Below, piece by piece: positions 47,572-58,670 of a stretch of DNA of 64,000 nt. Numbering within the stretch: position 1 is the stretch's first letter; the number at the start of each line of letters is the position of its first letter. This DNA comes from an uncultured Acidimicrobiia bacterium (lineage in GTDB: Bacteria > Actinomycetota > Acidimicrobiia > Spongiisociales > UBA5794): positions 360,954-424,953 of the forward strand of contig CAWGCJ010000002.1 in the NCBI GenBank assembly GCA_963821095.1. Direction: 5' to 3'. The notes under the pieces are model-generated. The model did no database searches. It was given only the letters and a program-made list of their open reading frames with translations, and was not told the DNA's origin. The position numbers and the translations under genes were made by a program.

Positions 47572-49797
47572 GCGCAGAGGGCGCGCGTAGCTGCGGAATA
47601 GCCACTCTTCGTCCTTGCCGAGGAGGGCTTCGACCTCGGCAGCGATCTCGGGGTGGCCTTGCAAGCCGGGATCGGCGGCCACCAGGGCAAATGCCTCCTT
47701 GCGGGCCGTGACCAGGACCTTGGCGTCGCGAAGGATGTCGGCGAGCTTCAAGTCCTTCATACCGGCTTGGCGGGTTCCGAACACCGTGCCCTGGCCGCGG
47801 ATCCGCAGATCCTCTTCGGCTAGTCGGAAACCGTCGGTGCTGGCGACCATGGCCGCCAAGCGTTCTTCGCCCTCGGGCGTCGACGGGTCGGCCACCAGCA
47901 CACACGTTGCTGGATGGGTGCCGCGGCCGACTCTCCCCCGCAGCTGATGGAGTTGGCTCAGGCCAAATCGATCGGCGTCTTCCACGACCATGACGGTTGC
48001 GTTGGGTACATCGATCCCAACCTCGATGACCGTCGTTGCCACCAACACATCGATGTCACCTGCCCGAAACTCATGCATGACCCGGTCCTTGTCGGCGGGG
48101 CGGAGTTGCCCGTGGATCAGGCCAAGCCGCAGCTCGGGGAACACATGCTGGAGCCGCTCATATTCTGCGGTGGCCGACACCACTTCGAGTTTGTCGCTGT
48201 CATCCACCAACGGGCACACCACAAAGGCCTGCCTGCCGGCGTTCGCCTCACGCCGCACCAACTCGTACACCCGCTCCAGCGACGCCGCATCGCCTCCAAC
48301 GTGGTGGGTCTCGACCGGCGTCCTGCCGGGAGGCAGCTCGTCGAGAACGGAGACGTCGAGGTCCCCGTAGAGCGTCATCGAAAGGGTGCGCGGGATGGGC
48401 GTTGCCGTCATGATCAGCAAATCGGGGTCATACGACTCCGCCTTCTCGCGCAGGCTCACCCGTTGGTAGACGCCGAAGCGATGCTGCTCGTCGACCACGG
48501 CCATGCCCAGTCGATCGAAATGCAGCCCCTCCTGGATGAGGGCGTGGGTCCCCACCACCAGGTCGACGGTGCCGTTTCCGACCCAAGTGCCAACGTCGGC
48601 CCGGCTCGCCGCTCCCGGTGGCGTGAAGTTGGTCTCTGCGCTGTTGGAGGTCAACAGGGCCATTCGCACAAAGGCCCGATCTTCATCCGCACCATCGCCT
48701 GCAACGGCAAAGAGGCTTTCCATGCCTGTCGGTGCCGACGGATCTTCGAGCGGCGGCCCAAGCCGCGCCCCCACGATCAGTTCTCGAATACCGAGGAAGT
48801 GTTGCTCGGCGAGCACCTCGGTTGGCGCCATGACGGCACCTTGATAGCCACTCTGGATTGCCGTCAACAACGCGGCAACGGCCACCACCGTCTTGCCCGA
48901 ACCAACCTCGCCCTGGAGGAGCCGATGCATCGGGTGCGGACCAACCATGTCGGTTTGGATCTCAGCGATCGTGCGTAGCTGGGCACCGGTCAGTTCGTAA
49001 GGCAACGCGGCGATGAAGTCGGCAACCAGGTAGCCATCGGCGGAATGCGCCACACCGTGTGACGCATCGAGCTGGTGCTGCTTGCGCAACGCCAGGGCGG
49101 CCTCGAGGCGGAACAGTTCGTCGAACACCAGGCGGCGGCGAGCGGCATCGGCGTCTTCCTTCGACTCTGGGAAGTGGATGTCAGCGATGGCTTCGTCCCG
49201 CGTCACCAGCTTCAGTCGTTCCCGCATATCGGTCGGGAGAATCTCGGTGATCGGTCGGGAGCGTTGCAGAGCGTTTGAGATCGAGTTCCTGATCTGGAAG
49301 GGACGGAACCCTCCCGCCGACGAATGGATCGGCACGACCCGCCCCGTCACCAGCGAATCGTCGCCCCACGTGTCGACGTCGGGGCTCTTCATCTGCAGTT
49401 TGCCGCGAAATCGTTCGGCCTTACCGGAGAGGACGACCTCACTGCCCTCTTCGATCCTCAGGTAGGGGTTGAACCACACTGCGGTAACCACGCTGGTGCC
49501 GTCGGTGATCACCGCCGTGATCATCGTGCGCCCGCGCGAGATGCGGCGCCGCACAACGGAGGTCACCGTGCCGCCGACGGTGACCTCTTCACCCAAGGGC
49601 ACGGCGGCCAGGTCGAAGATCTGCGACCGATCCAGGTAGCGACGCGGCACGTGCAACAGGAGATCCGCAACGCTGTGGATCCCGGCTTCGCCGAGTTTCT
49701 TGGCCGACTTCGGCCCGATCCCCTTGACTTCCGTAGCGGGTACACCACTCAAGAACGCCAACGACCGGCCAGTCGATTGCTCTACCCCAGACATAGC
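47572..49797 (-). CDS. recG: ATP-dependent DNA helicase RecG. No in-frame stop separates it from rsmD, so the 3' boundary given is an estimate.
   Basis: The probable start is MSGVEQ. The wedge, DEAD-box helicase (GSGKT, DEQH), helicase-C and the C-terminal ...FGTRQAGMKDLKLADILRDAKVL...EALLGKDEEWLFRS are all present. Downstream the frame continues into a Pro/Arg/Gly-rich, non-protein-like stretch. Confidence 0.8.
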
Positions 49798-49902
49798 CCA
49801 AGAGCATACGACCGACCTGTGCCGAGCCCGCACACCGCCGCTGTGGCGTCCTAGGCGGGCTGGCGTATGAAGGCGCGTTGCGGTCTTGGCAGGTAACGCT
49901 GT

Positions 49903-49908
49903 TACAAT
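49903..49908 (+). promoter_or_regulatory. Candidate -10 hexamer (TACAAT) upstream of rpmB. An aggagg RBS lies at 49921.
   Basis: The sequence reads ...ttgcggtcttggcaggtaacgctgttacaatcc...aggaggtctccccaacATG. Confidence 0.3.
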
Positions 49909-49936
49909 CCCGCCCGCTTCAGGAGGTCTCCCCAAC

Positions 49937-50125
49937 ATGTCTTATCGCTGTGAGGTTTGCGGCAAAGAGCCGTGGGTCGGCAAGCAAGTCAGCTTCTCGC
50001 ACAAGCGCTCCAGCCGTCGCTGGTTGCCGAACATTCAACGCGTCCGCGTGAAGCACGGCAGTAACTCGAAGCGAATTCGGGTCTGTACGTCGTGCATCAA
50101 GGCGGGCAAGATCGAGAAGGTCTGA
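49937..50125 (+). CDS. rpmB: 50S ribosomal protein L28.
   Basis: [38 protein letters not shown]... The start is internal to ORF 49886..50125, and an RBS is present. Confidence 0.9.
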   Translation: MSYRCEVCGKEPWVGKQVSFSHKRSSRRWLPNIQRVRVKHGSNSKRIRVCTSCIKAGKIEKV

Positions 50126-50127
50126 CG

Positions 50128-50340
50128 GTGCAAGGCGTCGTCAAGGTCTACGACCCTGAAACCGGCGTCGGCGTGATCGTGCGCGACGACAACCAGGCCG
50201 AGGTCTTGCTCGGGCCGGGCTCACTCGCCGGCTCACTGTTCCGAACCCTCCGCCAGGGACAACGCGTCATCTTCGACACCGAGGATCGTGACGGCGTCCT
50301 CTACGCGGACCGCCTCCGCTTCGGCTCAGACGGGTACTGA
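50128..50340 (+). CDS. Small cold-shock-domain-like protein.
   Basis: GTG start: VQGVVKVYDPETGVGVIVRDDNQAEVLL...GQRVIFDTEDRDGVLYADRLRF. This pattern resembles the OB/CSD fold. Confidence 0.45.
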   Translation: MQGVVKVYDPETGVGVIVRDDNQAEVLLGPGSLAGSLFRTLRQGQRVIFDTEDRDGVLYADRLRFGSDGY

Positions 50341-50466
50341 AGCCTCCGCCCTGGCCGCTTCGCCACCAACCGCTTGCGAAGGTATTGCCTGATGTGAGCC
50401 AGCCCGCTTGTCGGTATGATCCAATCAGATGACAAGACCGGACCGAATCGACGGAAGGGGTATTGA

Positions 50467-50700
50467 GTGGTCGAGGCATTCATCCTGATCCAGACGGAAG
50501 TCGGCAAGGCACTCGAAGTTGCCGAAGAGATCGGTCGCATCAGCGGCGTCACATCGTCCGAAGCCGTCACGGGCCCCTACGACGCGATTGTGCATACGGA
50601 GGCTCCTGATGTGGACTCTCTCGGCAAGATGGTTGTTGCCCGAATCCAATCAGTTGACGGCATCACACGGACGCTGACGTGCCCTGTCATCAAAATGTGA
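50467..50700 (+). CDS. Stand-alone Lrp/AsnC ligand-binding (RAM) domain protein.
   Basis: The 77-aa ORF reads MVEAFILIQTEVGKALEVAEEIGRISGVTSSEAVTGPYDAIVHTEAPDVDSLGKMVVARIQSVDGITRT. This matches the RAM domain pattern. Confidence 0.5.
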   Translation: MVEAFILIQTEVGKALEVAEEIGRISGVTSSEAVTGPYDAIVHTEAPDVDSLGKMVVARIQSVDGITRTLTCPVIKM

Positions 50701-50736
50701 GGCGGGTAGCGCCCGCGTCCTCACGGTGAGTCGGCG

Positions 50737-51054
50737 ATGAAGCGTCTGCTCCTTGTCGTCGTTGCGGCCCTGCTCGGCTCCGCTGTAGGCAACGTCGTTC
50801 GCAAGTCCTTCATCGCTCCGGAGACGGGTGGAGCCGAAGGCAAGGAGTCGGAGCTTGTCATCACCGGCTCGTTGGTGGGGAGCACCGCGGCGGCTCTCGC
50901 CGGGTTGTTGTCACGCCGCTTTGGCTGGCTGATCGCCTTTGTGGCGTCGGCCGCGCTGACGGCGGCAACCGGAGAGGAACTCGACCTCCGCGTCGCCGGA
51001 ATCATCGGACGTCTCCAACCTGCGGCGACATCAGCAGACGCGGTCAACGACTGA
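50737..51054 (+). CDS. Hypothetical small membrane/secreted protein.
   Basis: It has an N-terminal hydrophobic segment and a second one later. No family could be assigned. Confidence 0.35.
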   Translation: MKRLLLVVVAALLGSAVGNVVRKSFIAPETGGAEGKESELVITGSLVGSTAAALAGLLSRRFGWLIAFVASAALTAATGEELDLRVAGIIGRLQPAATSADAVND

Positions 51055-52051
51055 CGGCAAGTTCAACGAGTTCGTTACACAGCTCCGAATAGGTCAGCCC
51101 TGAGGCCTCCCACATTTTCGGGAACCCGGAAATGGGGGTGAATCCCGGCATCGTGTTGACTTCGTTGATGAGGAAGCCCCGCCCCCGCTCGAGAAAGAAG
51201 TCGACTCTGGCGAGACCACGACATTCGAGCGCGGTGAACGCTCGAGCGGCAAGATCTCTGACACGCTCAACCTGCGGCGATGTCAGTTCGGCCGGCGTGA
51301 CAAACCGGCTGGTCTCATCGTGGTATTTGCTCTGGTAGTCGTACCAATCGCCCTCGATCACGATCTCGCCGGGATTCGCCACCCGAGGCCCCTCCAGCAC
51401 GGCGACCTCGATCTCACGGCCTTTGATGGCTTGCTCGACGATCACCTTCGGTCCGTGCCGCAGCGCGGATTCGATGCCCTCCTTGAGCTCGGCATCAGTT
51501 GCGGCACGCGAGACTCCGACCGACGAACCCAATTGCACCGGTTTCACGAACACCGGGAGGCCAAGTTCGGCCACGACCCGGGCCACCACGGCGGGAGGGT
51601 TGGAGAACTCGTCCTCACGAACCACGGTCCACGGTGCCGTCGGAAGCCCGGCTTGCACCAGAACCTGTTTGGTGAGGTCCTTCTCCATGGCCAGCGCGGA
51701 CGAAAGCACATCGCATCCCACATACGGGGTTCCGGCTATCTCGAAGAGGCCCTGAATCGTGCCATCCTCACCGAAGGGTCCATGCAGGACGGGGAACACG
51801 ACGTCGAACCCGATCTCGTCCGTCCCGCTGCTCAGAATCCCGGATGGCACTCGCAACGAGACGGGCCGACCCGCCGCGACGAGCGGCCTTCGGGAACGAT
51901 CCGCCAGGTGCCACTCCCCTTTGCGATCGATTCCGACGAGGATCACTTGATGCCCGCCGCCCTCGAGTGCCTGCATGACTGCGACGGCAGAAACACAGGA
52001 AACCTCGTGCTCTGCCGACCTGCCGCCGAACAGAAGTAGTACGCGTGCCAT
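51044..52051 (-). CDS. ddl: D-alanine--D-alanine ligase.
   Basis: The start MARVLLLFGGRSAEHEVS lies 62 codons into the ORF. ATP-grasp motifs are present (FVKPVQLGSSVGVS..., EVNTMPGFT). Confidence 0.9.
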   Translation of the reverse strand: MARVLLLFGGRSAEHEVSCVSAVAVMQALEGGGHQVILVGIDRKGEWHLADRSRRPLVAAGRPVSLRVPSGILSSGTDEIGFDVVFPVLHGPFGEDGTIQGLFEIAGTPYVGCDVLSSALAMEKDLTKQVLVQAGLPTAPWTVVREDEFSNPPAVVARVVAELGLPVFVKPVQLGSSVGVSRAATDAELKEGIESALRHGPKVIVEQAIKGREIEVAVLEGPRVANPGEIVIEGDWYDYQSKYHDETSRFVTPAELTSPQVERVRDLAARAFTALECRGLARVDFFLERGRGFLINEVNTMPGFTPISGFPKMWEASGLTYSELCNELVELAVSR

Positions 52052-52066
52052 GACGAAGAGATTACC

Positions 52067-53902
52067 GTGACTAGCGACATGCTCCCGGGAAATAGAGGAA
52101 GCGCCGCGGTGAGCGACCGCGACCTGTTCATCGGGTACCGGATTCGCGTCATCTACATCGGCCTGCTGGTCTCCTGGCTGGCCGTCATTGCCTATGCCGT
52201 GGCGGCCTCGCGCAGTAACGGCCCCGACGACGGCCAACTGCTTCTCAACGTCCTCCTTCTCGCCGGTGGCGTCCTCCTGCTGACATTGACGCCGTGGCGC
52301 AGCGTGCTGGCCACCCGCTTCGGCGATCCCCTCATCCTGATCTGGTGCACCCTCGCCGTCACCGGTCTCCTCCTCGGCGACGAACTACGCAGCGACGAAC
52401 CGATCGTCGCTGCCTTCCTGGCGGTGATCGTGTTTGCCGGCGCACTGCTGGTTGCCCCGGTAACGCTGGCATCCATCGGCGCAATCGCGGCCACCGGCTA
52501 TCTCATCGCCCTCGATCGATCCCCCGTCGACTTGTCGACCGGCCAGGTCTCAGCTCGCCTCATAGCCTTTGTGCTGGCTATGGCGTTCACACTGATCACG
52601 GCGCGCGGCATCAGCCGCGAGCTGCGGGTTACCCGTCAACAACTTGAAGTGCTCGACGATGAAAGCCAGGAGGTCGAGCAGCGGCGCCAGGAACTCGATC
52701 AGCTGTATGCCGTCTCGAGGACCATCGGGATGGGGAGCAAGCTCGCCGAGGTGCTCCCGGAGTTGGTTGGGCGCGTCGTCACCGCCGTGAACGCCAAGAT
52801 CGGCCTCGTCTTCCTCTATCGCCCCAGCGAGGAAGCCCTCGAACTCATCTCGCCGGTGTGGGTCGCCGGACACACCCTGAAGGCGGAGGGCTACACGCTG
52901 CCGCTCACCGATCCGGGCAGTGTGCAACGGGTCTTCACCAGTGGAGAACCACTTGTACGCAACGACCTCGTCCACGCCGGGCCGGCGGATTCGCTCCTGA
53001 CCGATTTGGACACAACGCGCGTGGCAGCCGTGCCGCTGCGGATCGAGGCCAAACCCATTGGCGTGCTGATGGTGGCGGACAAGGCAACCGGAAACTTCAA
53101 CAACGACGACATCGAGGCACTCGAATCACTCGCCGGCCCCTCGGCTCTGGTGCTCAATCAGATGGCCCGCTACGAAGAGGCCCAGGAGACCGGCGAAAAA
53201 ATGGCCGAGCTGGCCCAGTTGAAGACCGACTTCGTTTCGGTCGTCAGCCACGAGTTGCGGACTCCGCTGACATCCATCATTGGCTCACTGAAGACTCTGC
53301 AGCGACCGGAGTTGGCACCGGCGTCAGAGAGCGCTCGCGACCTCATCGAGACGGCAGAACGACAGGCGAACCGGCTGCGAACGCTGATCGAGGACCTCCT
53401 GGTCGTCTCTCGGCTGGACAACCAGGCCTTGCCGGTGCGACCGATCGCGCTGGACCTGGCCGTCTTCCTCAAAGAGGTCGTATCTGACATCCCCGCCACA
53501 TCCGGGCGGGTCGTCATCGAGCCCTTGACCGAGCAGGTGACGCTCGAAGCCGATGCCGACCATCTGCGGCGGATCATCACCAACCTCGTTGAGAACGCAC
53601 TCAAGTACGCCCAGGACAGCCCCGTTGAAGTCGGGGTTCGCTCCAAACAGGCGGAGGTTTGGATCTCGGTGATCGACCACGGTCACGGCATCCCCTACGA
53701 GCTGCACGACCTGATCTTTCAGCGGTTCACGCAAGTTGAGCGGCACGAAACCCGTGGTGTGGGCGGCACCGGACTCGGACTGTCGATCGTGCGCGGCCTC
53801 TCAGAAGCAATGGGAGGAAGGGTGTGGTTTGAGCCGACCGTTGGTGGCGGCGCTACCTTCACTGTGGCGATGCCCCGACTCTCCGCCGCCCGGCCGTCGT
53901 AG
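52067..53902 (+). CDS. Membrane sensor histidine kinase with a GAF domain. No cognate response regulator is adjacent.
   Basis: It has 5-6 N-terminal TM helices, a GAF-like region, the H-box SHELRTPLTSI, N/G boxes and GLGLSIV. Confidence 0.85.
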   Translation: MTSDMLPGNRGSAAVSDRDLFIGYRIRVIYIGLLVSWLAVIAYAVAASRSNGPDDGQLLLNVLLLAGGVLLLTLTPWRSVLATRFGDPLILIWCTLAVTGLLLGDELRSDEPIVAAFLAVIVFAGALLVAPVTLASIGAIAATGYLIALDRSPVDLSTGQVSARLIAFVLAMAFTLITARGISRELRVTRQQLEVLDDESQEVEQRRQELDQLYAVSRTIGMGSKLAEVLPELVGRVVTAVNAKIGLVFLYRPSEEALELISPVWVAGHTLKAEGYTLPLTDPGSVQRVFTSGEPLVRNDLVHAGPADSLLTDLDTTRVAAVPLRIEAKPIGVLMVADKATGNFNNDDIEALESLAGPSALVLNQMARYEEAQETGEKMAELAQLKTDFVSVVSHELRTPLTSIIGSLKTLQRPELAPASESARDLIETAERQANRLRTLIEDLLVVSRLDNQALPVRPIALDLAVFLKEVVSDIPATSGRVVIEPLTEQVTLEADADHLRRIITNLVENALKYAQDSPVEVGVRSKQAEVWISVIDHGHGIPYELHDLIFQRFTQVERHETRGVGGTGLGLSIVRGLSEAMGGRVWFEPTVGGGATFTVAMPRLSAARPS

Positions 53903-53911
53903 AAGAGACAG

Positions 53912-54691
53912 CTAATCCGGAGCGGCTGCGATGGCGTGGAAGCCGCCGTCGACGTGCACGATCTCACCACTCGTCATCAGGGTCCAGTCCGACATGAGCA
54001 GGCAGACCATCCGAGCCACGGGATCGGGATCGTAGACATCCCATCTCAGTGGAGAACGGCTCCTCCATGCGTCTTCAAACAGTTCGAACCCTGCGATGGA
54101 CTTGGCGGCGACGGTGCCGAGCGGACCGGCGGCGACCGCATTGACACGGATCCCATCCCCCCCGAGGTCACGAGCCAAGTAACGCGTCACGGACTGCAGC
54201 GCCGACTTGGCAACTCCCATCCAGTCGTACGCCGGCCAAGCCTGCGCGTTGTCGAAGTCCAGCGTCACCAGGCCACCACCACCGGCCTTCTGGAGGAGGG
54301 GGCGGAGCCCTACGGCCAGCGTTTTGAACGAGAACGCCGAGGTGAGAAACGCCGTCGCAGCAGACTCGGCCGGCGTGGCGAGGAAGTTGCCTCCGAGCGC
54401 ATCCTCCGGGGCAAAGGCAATCGCGTGGAGGGCTCCGTCGACCGCGCCCCATCGTTCGTCGAGTCCGGCGACGAGCGCGCTCATGTGATCGGCGTCGTTG
54501 ATGTCGAGTTCAAAAACGTCAGGTATGACCGGGAGCCGCCGTGCCGAGCGTTCGGTCAGCCTCATCCCGCGCCCAAATCCAGTGAGCACAACTTCGGCAC
54601 CCTGCTCCTGAGCCACCCGAGCAGTGTGCCATGCAATCGAACCATCGGTGAGTACACCGGTGATGACGAGGCGCTTCCCTTCGAGCAGCAC
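53912..54691 (-). CDS. fabI: Enoyl-[ACP] reductase (NADH), FabI/InhA family.
   Basis: ITGVLTDGSIAWHTARVAQEQGAEVVLTGF is present, with the catalytic Y..K region (YDWMGVAKSALQSVTRYLARDLG). Confidence 0.9.
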   Translation of the reverse strand: MLLEGKRLVITGVLTDGSIAWHTARVAQEQGAEVVLTGFGRGMRLTERSARRLPVIPDVFELDINDADHMSALVAGLDERWGAVDGALHAIAFAPEDALGGNFLATPAESAATAFLTSAFSFKTLAVGLRPLLQKAGGGGLVTLDFDNAQAWPAYDWMGVAKSALQSVTRYLARDLGGDGIRVNAVAAGPLGTVAAKSIAGFELFEDAWRSRSPLRWDVYDPDPVARMVCLLMSDWTLMTSGEIVHVDGGFHAIAAAPD

Positions 54692-54778
54692 AGGCCCTCC
54701 CAGTTGTCGGCGCCGGACCCCCGGTCCGGACGGATCTCCCGTAAGCCTAGAAGGGTGTTGAGCAATCGGTGTGAGCCG

Positions 54779-55135
54779 CTACGTGACGTTTGACCAAGCC
54801 CGCAGGCCGAGACCCATGACAAACAGCAGCACCAGTCCGTAGGCGAGAGCAGGTCGCCGCGCCATCTGGGCGCGATAGATGTAGACAAACGCCAGGGTGA
54901 AAGCGATGACGAGGCCGTAGAACACGTGGAAGCCGTTTGCAGGGCGGAAGCCTTGCTGCCACAGGATCGCCCCTGCTGCGATTTGGATGAGCATGGCGCC
55001 GATGGCGACGGCCCGCGCCACTCCGAAGGCCGGGCCGGGCGCCTTCTTGGCGACGGCCAATGCCAGACCCCAGAGACCCACCACTCCTGTGGTGATGACG
55101 GAGACGTAGAACCAGTTGCCGTGGAAGGTGCGCAT
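54779..55135 (-). CDS. Hypothetical integral membrane protein.
   Basis: The 118-aa ORF has four TM segments. Confidence 0.4.
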   Translation of the reverse strand: MRTFHGNWFYVSVITTGVVGLWGLALAVAKKAPGPAFGVARAVAIGAMLIQIAAGAILWQQGFRPANGFHVFYGLVIAFTLAFVYIYRAQMARRPALAYGLVLLFVMGLGLRAWSNVT

Positions 55136-55266
55136 CGGACGGCGAGCTTAGACAAGCGGCCGACGCTGACGCAGCACATCGCAGCGGGGTCGGGCCGGGT
55201 GCGATCAGTTACCTGGTCGCGAGGGGGTCGACCACTACGCTCGCGTTGCCTCGACGGAAGTGGACC

Positions 55267-56487
55267 ATGGCGAATAATGCCGAGCACCATGTTGCGTTGT
55301 CGGATCACGGCCCGGGTTGGTACCGCGTCTGGCTGCCGCGGGCGGCCATCGTCACCCTGGTCGCTGTCGCCGTGGTCTACGGCTCGGTGTGGGTCTTTGG
55401 GAGTACGAGCGGCTTTCTGTTGACCTTGGCTCTTGCCGCATTCATCTCGTTCGCCCTTTTGCCGGCGGTCGAGGTCCTGGCGAACCGTGGTTGGCGGCGT
55501 GGCGTTGCGACTGGTGTCGTCATGATCGGCGGCAGCCTGATCGGGCTGGTCTTTGTGGTCGCCATGATCCAAGTTGCGGTCGGCGAGGTCATCAAGCTGA
55601 TCGACCAGCTCCCTGAATATGTCGAAACGGCCGCAAGTTGGCTCAATGAACGTTTTGGCCTCGAGTTGGCAACCGATGCTCTGATCGACAAGATCACCGC
55701 CGACCAGCGAACCCTCGAGAACCTCGCAGGCAATGCGGTCTCCGGCATTCTCGGCTTCGCCAACACTGCGATTGGACTGCTATTCCAGGCCCTGACCATC
55801 AGCCTGTTCGTCTTCTACATCCTCGCGGACCTGCCCCGTTTGCGCGGAGCCATCCTCCGCCGCGTCCCGCCGGCGCAGCAACACCACATCGACACAGTCA
55901 CCTCGATAACCATTGAGAAAGTCGGTGGCTACGTGTACTCGCGACTGCTGCTGGCCGGCGCCTCCACCATCTTCCACTTCATCGCCTTCAGCTTGATTGG
56001 TCTTCCCTATGCGCTGGCATTGAGCCTGTGGGTCGGTCTGGTCTCGCAATTCATTCCAACCGTCGGCACGTATATCGCCGGAGCTCTCCCCGTTCTCATT
56101 GCGCTCCTTGAGGATCCGATCGACGCACTGTGGGTTGTCATCGCGATTGCCGTCTACCAGCAGATCGAGAACTACACGCTCGCACCTCGGGTCACCGCCA
56201 ACACCATGAAGCTGCATCCTGCCGTGGCGTTTGGGGCAGTGATCGTCGGAGGCTCGTTGTTGGGCGGGGTCGGGGCACTTCTCGCCATCCCCGCCGCGGC
56301 CACGATCAAGGCACTCGTCCAAACGTACTTCGATTCCAACGAGATCATCAGTTCCGGCCAATTCGAGGATCCCGAGGCCTACGACGCCCGGATGCGCGCC
56401 AAGGCTCAGGAGAAGGCCAGCCGCCGGGCCGCAAGCCGCCGCAAACGACCCACCGCAGAGGACTCCGAACCCGTCGACGACCCCTAG
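55267..56487 (+). CDS. AI-2E family transporter (PerM/YhhT-like).
   Basis: It has eight TM segments and a characteristic AI-2E core (...QIENYTLAPRVTANTMKLHPAVAFGAVIVGGSLLG...). Confidence 0.8.
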   Translation: MANNAEHHVALSDHGPGWYRVWLPRAAIVTLVAVAVVYGSVWVFGSTSGFLLTLALAAFISFALLPAVEVLANRGWRRGVATGVVMIGGSLIGLVFVVAMIQVAVGEVIKLIDQLPEYVETAASWLNERFGLELATDALIDKITADQRTLENLAGNAVSGILGFANTAIGLLFQALTISLFVFYILADLPRLRGAILRRVPPAQQHHIDTVTSITIEKVGGYVYSRLLLAGASTIFHFIAFSLIGLPYALALSLWVGLVSQFIPTVGTYIAGALPVLIALLEDPIDALWVVIAIAVYQQIENYTLAPRVTANTMKLHPAVAFGAVIVGGSLLGGVGALLAIPAAATIKALVQTYFDSNEIISSGQFEDPEAYDARMRAKAQEKASRRAASRRKRPTAEDSEPVDDP

Positions 56488-56495
56488 CGCCGCCG

Positions 56496-56990
56496 TCAGC
56501 CTTCGGCCGGCTTGGTGACGTCGGCCACCGTGGCATCGAGGACATCAATCAGCGCCGCGGCGCTGAGCGTGACCGACACCCCGTGTGCGCCACCGCCGAG
56601 GGACACCTCACCCTTCGCCGCGATGGTCTCGTCGGCGACCACGGGCCACCGGTGGGTCGCCCCAAACGGGGTGATGGTCCCCCGCTCGTACCCAGTTGCT
56701 TCCTTCGCCTCCGCTGCGTCCGGAAGTGTCATGCGGCGCACCCCGAGATGGCTGCGCAACTTCCCCCAGTCGATGGCCCGATCTCCCGGGACAAGGACAA
56801 ACAAGTAGTCGCTCGCACCGCATCGCACCACCAGGGTCTTGAGAAGTGCGTCGACGGCGACCCCCCGCAACTCGGCTGCCTCGGCGACACTGCCTGCCCG
56901 AGCCGACACCCGTGGCTCGTAGTCGAGTCCTGCACTAGCCAGGGCGCGCAGTGCCGGGGTGTCGGGAACTCTGCCTAGATCTTCGCTCAC
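56496..56990 (-). CDS. ybaK: YbaK/ProX-type aminoacyl-tRNA editing (Cys-tRNA(Pro) deacylase-like) protein.
   Basis: KTLVVRCGASDYLFVLVPGDRAIDWGKLRSHLGVRRMTLPDAAEAKEATGYERGTITPFG is present. Confidence 0.8.
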   Translation of the reverse strand: MSEDLGRVPDTPALRALASAGLDYEPRVSARAGSVAEAAELRGVAVDALLKTLVVRCGASDYLFVLVPGDRAIDWGKLRSHLGVRRMTLPDAAEAKEATGYERGTITPFGATHRWPVVADETIAAKGEVSLGGGAHGVSVTLSAAALIDVLDATVADVTKPAEG

Positions 56991-58566
56991 GCTTGGCCTG
57001 CAGCCTTGTCACGTTCACGATCCCGCAACACCCTGCGCAGGATCTTGCCGGACGCCGACTTCGGAATCTCGGCGACGATCTCGATGAGTCGAATCTGCTT
57101 GTAGTGCGCAACATGCCCCGCGACGAAGGCCACGATCTCGTCGGGATCGGCCTCGTGACCGGGCTTGAGCACGACGAAGGCTTTGGGGAGTTCTCCTGCC
57201 TCCTCGTCGGGGATGGGAATGACGGCGGCATCGGCCACGTCGGGGTGGGTCAGCAGCAGCCCTTCGAGTTCGGCGGGCGGCACCTGGAAACCCTTGTACT
57301 TGATGAGTTCCTTGAGCCGATCAACGATGTAGAAGTGGTCGTCATCGTCGACATGGCCGATGTCACCGGTGTGAAGCCAGCCGTCTTCGTCGATAGTGAT
57401 CTTGGTGGCTTCGGGCTTGTTCAGGTACCCCTGCATCACCTGCGGGCCCCGGATCCAGATCTCACCGTCTTCGTTACGGTCGAGATCCGCACCGGTGTCG
57501 GGATCGACAACTCTGATGTCGGTGTTGGATATGGTCACACCGATCGAGCCCGGCTTGAATTGGCCCGGGGGCGTGGCGTGGGTAACCGGGCTCGTTTCGG
57601 TGAGGCCATAACCCTGCACCACTTCGGCGTGGATCCGGGCGGATGCCTCCGCGGCCAGCTCCGCGCTCAACGGCGCCGCTCCCGAGAAGACCTGACGGAG
57701 GGCCGACAGGTCGTAGTTCTCAACGATCGGGTGTTTCGCCAGCGCCAGGATGATCGGCGGCACCAGGTATGCCCGTGTGACCTTGTGATCCTGCAGGATG
57801 GAAAGGAATTGCTCGAGGTCGAACCGGGGCATCGTGACCGCGGTTGCCCCCCAATACATCACCCCGTTCATCAGCACTTCCATCCCATAGATGTGGAAGA
57901 AGGGCAGCACGGCGACGATGACTTCATCGTTGCCCAGACCGAGCACATGCTCGCCTTGTGCCAGGTTCGAGACGAGGTTGTAGTGGCTGAGCATGACCCC
58001 CTTCGGCAGGCCGGTCGTGCCACTCGAATACGGCAGCACCAGCAGATCATGTGGGTCGACCGGCACCTGGTCGATTGGTTCGGCGCCGAGCAACGCAGTG
58101 AACGGTGTCGCTTCGGACGATTCGTCGATCGTGAATACCTCCTCGACGTCACTGTGCGCCACCGCCTCGCTCGCCACGTCCATGAACATCGAAATGGTCA
58201 GCAGGTACTTTGCGCCGGCATCGTTGAGTTGGTACTCGATCTCCTCGGCCGTGTAGGTCGGGTTGATCGTGGTGGCCACTCCACCGGCGATGGCGACGCC
58301 GTGGAACGCAATGGCGTACTCCGGGAGGTTCGGCGCCATGATCGCGAACACCTCACCTTTGCGGAACCCTCGCGCCACCAGGCCACCGGCCATACGCTGC
58401 GACAGTTCCTCGACCTGGCCGTAGGTGTAGCTGCGACCGGTCGGCCCGTCGATGAATGCGACCTTGTCCGGTGCAACCCCGGCATGTCGGAACACCTGAT
58501 CACCGATCGGTGTCTCGGGCAGTTCAACGTCCGGCAGCGGGCTGCTGAAGATGATGGACACGGTGC
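56987..58566 (-). CDS. AMP-dependent acyl-CoA ligase (4-coumarate/long-chain fatty-acid-CoA ligase-like).
   Basis: Probable GTG start VSIIFSSPLPDVELP, preceded by gggagg. Motifs YSSGTTGLPKGV, GYGLTETS and GWLHTGD...PKSASGKILRR are present. The upstream part of ORF 56987..58822 is low-complexity. Confidence 0.8.
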
Positions 58567-58670
58567 TCCTCCCAGGCCGGAATGGTGCGTTCGGGGCGCC
58601 TGCCGAGACTACCGTGCCCATCGGGGCCCGTAGGGCCCGGTCGGGTCCGGTTGGTGCCAGAATCAGCGTC

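Noticed and set aside
56951-58633. 560-aa + strand ORF
   Set aside because: It is antisense to the acyl-CoA ligase gene.
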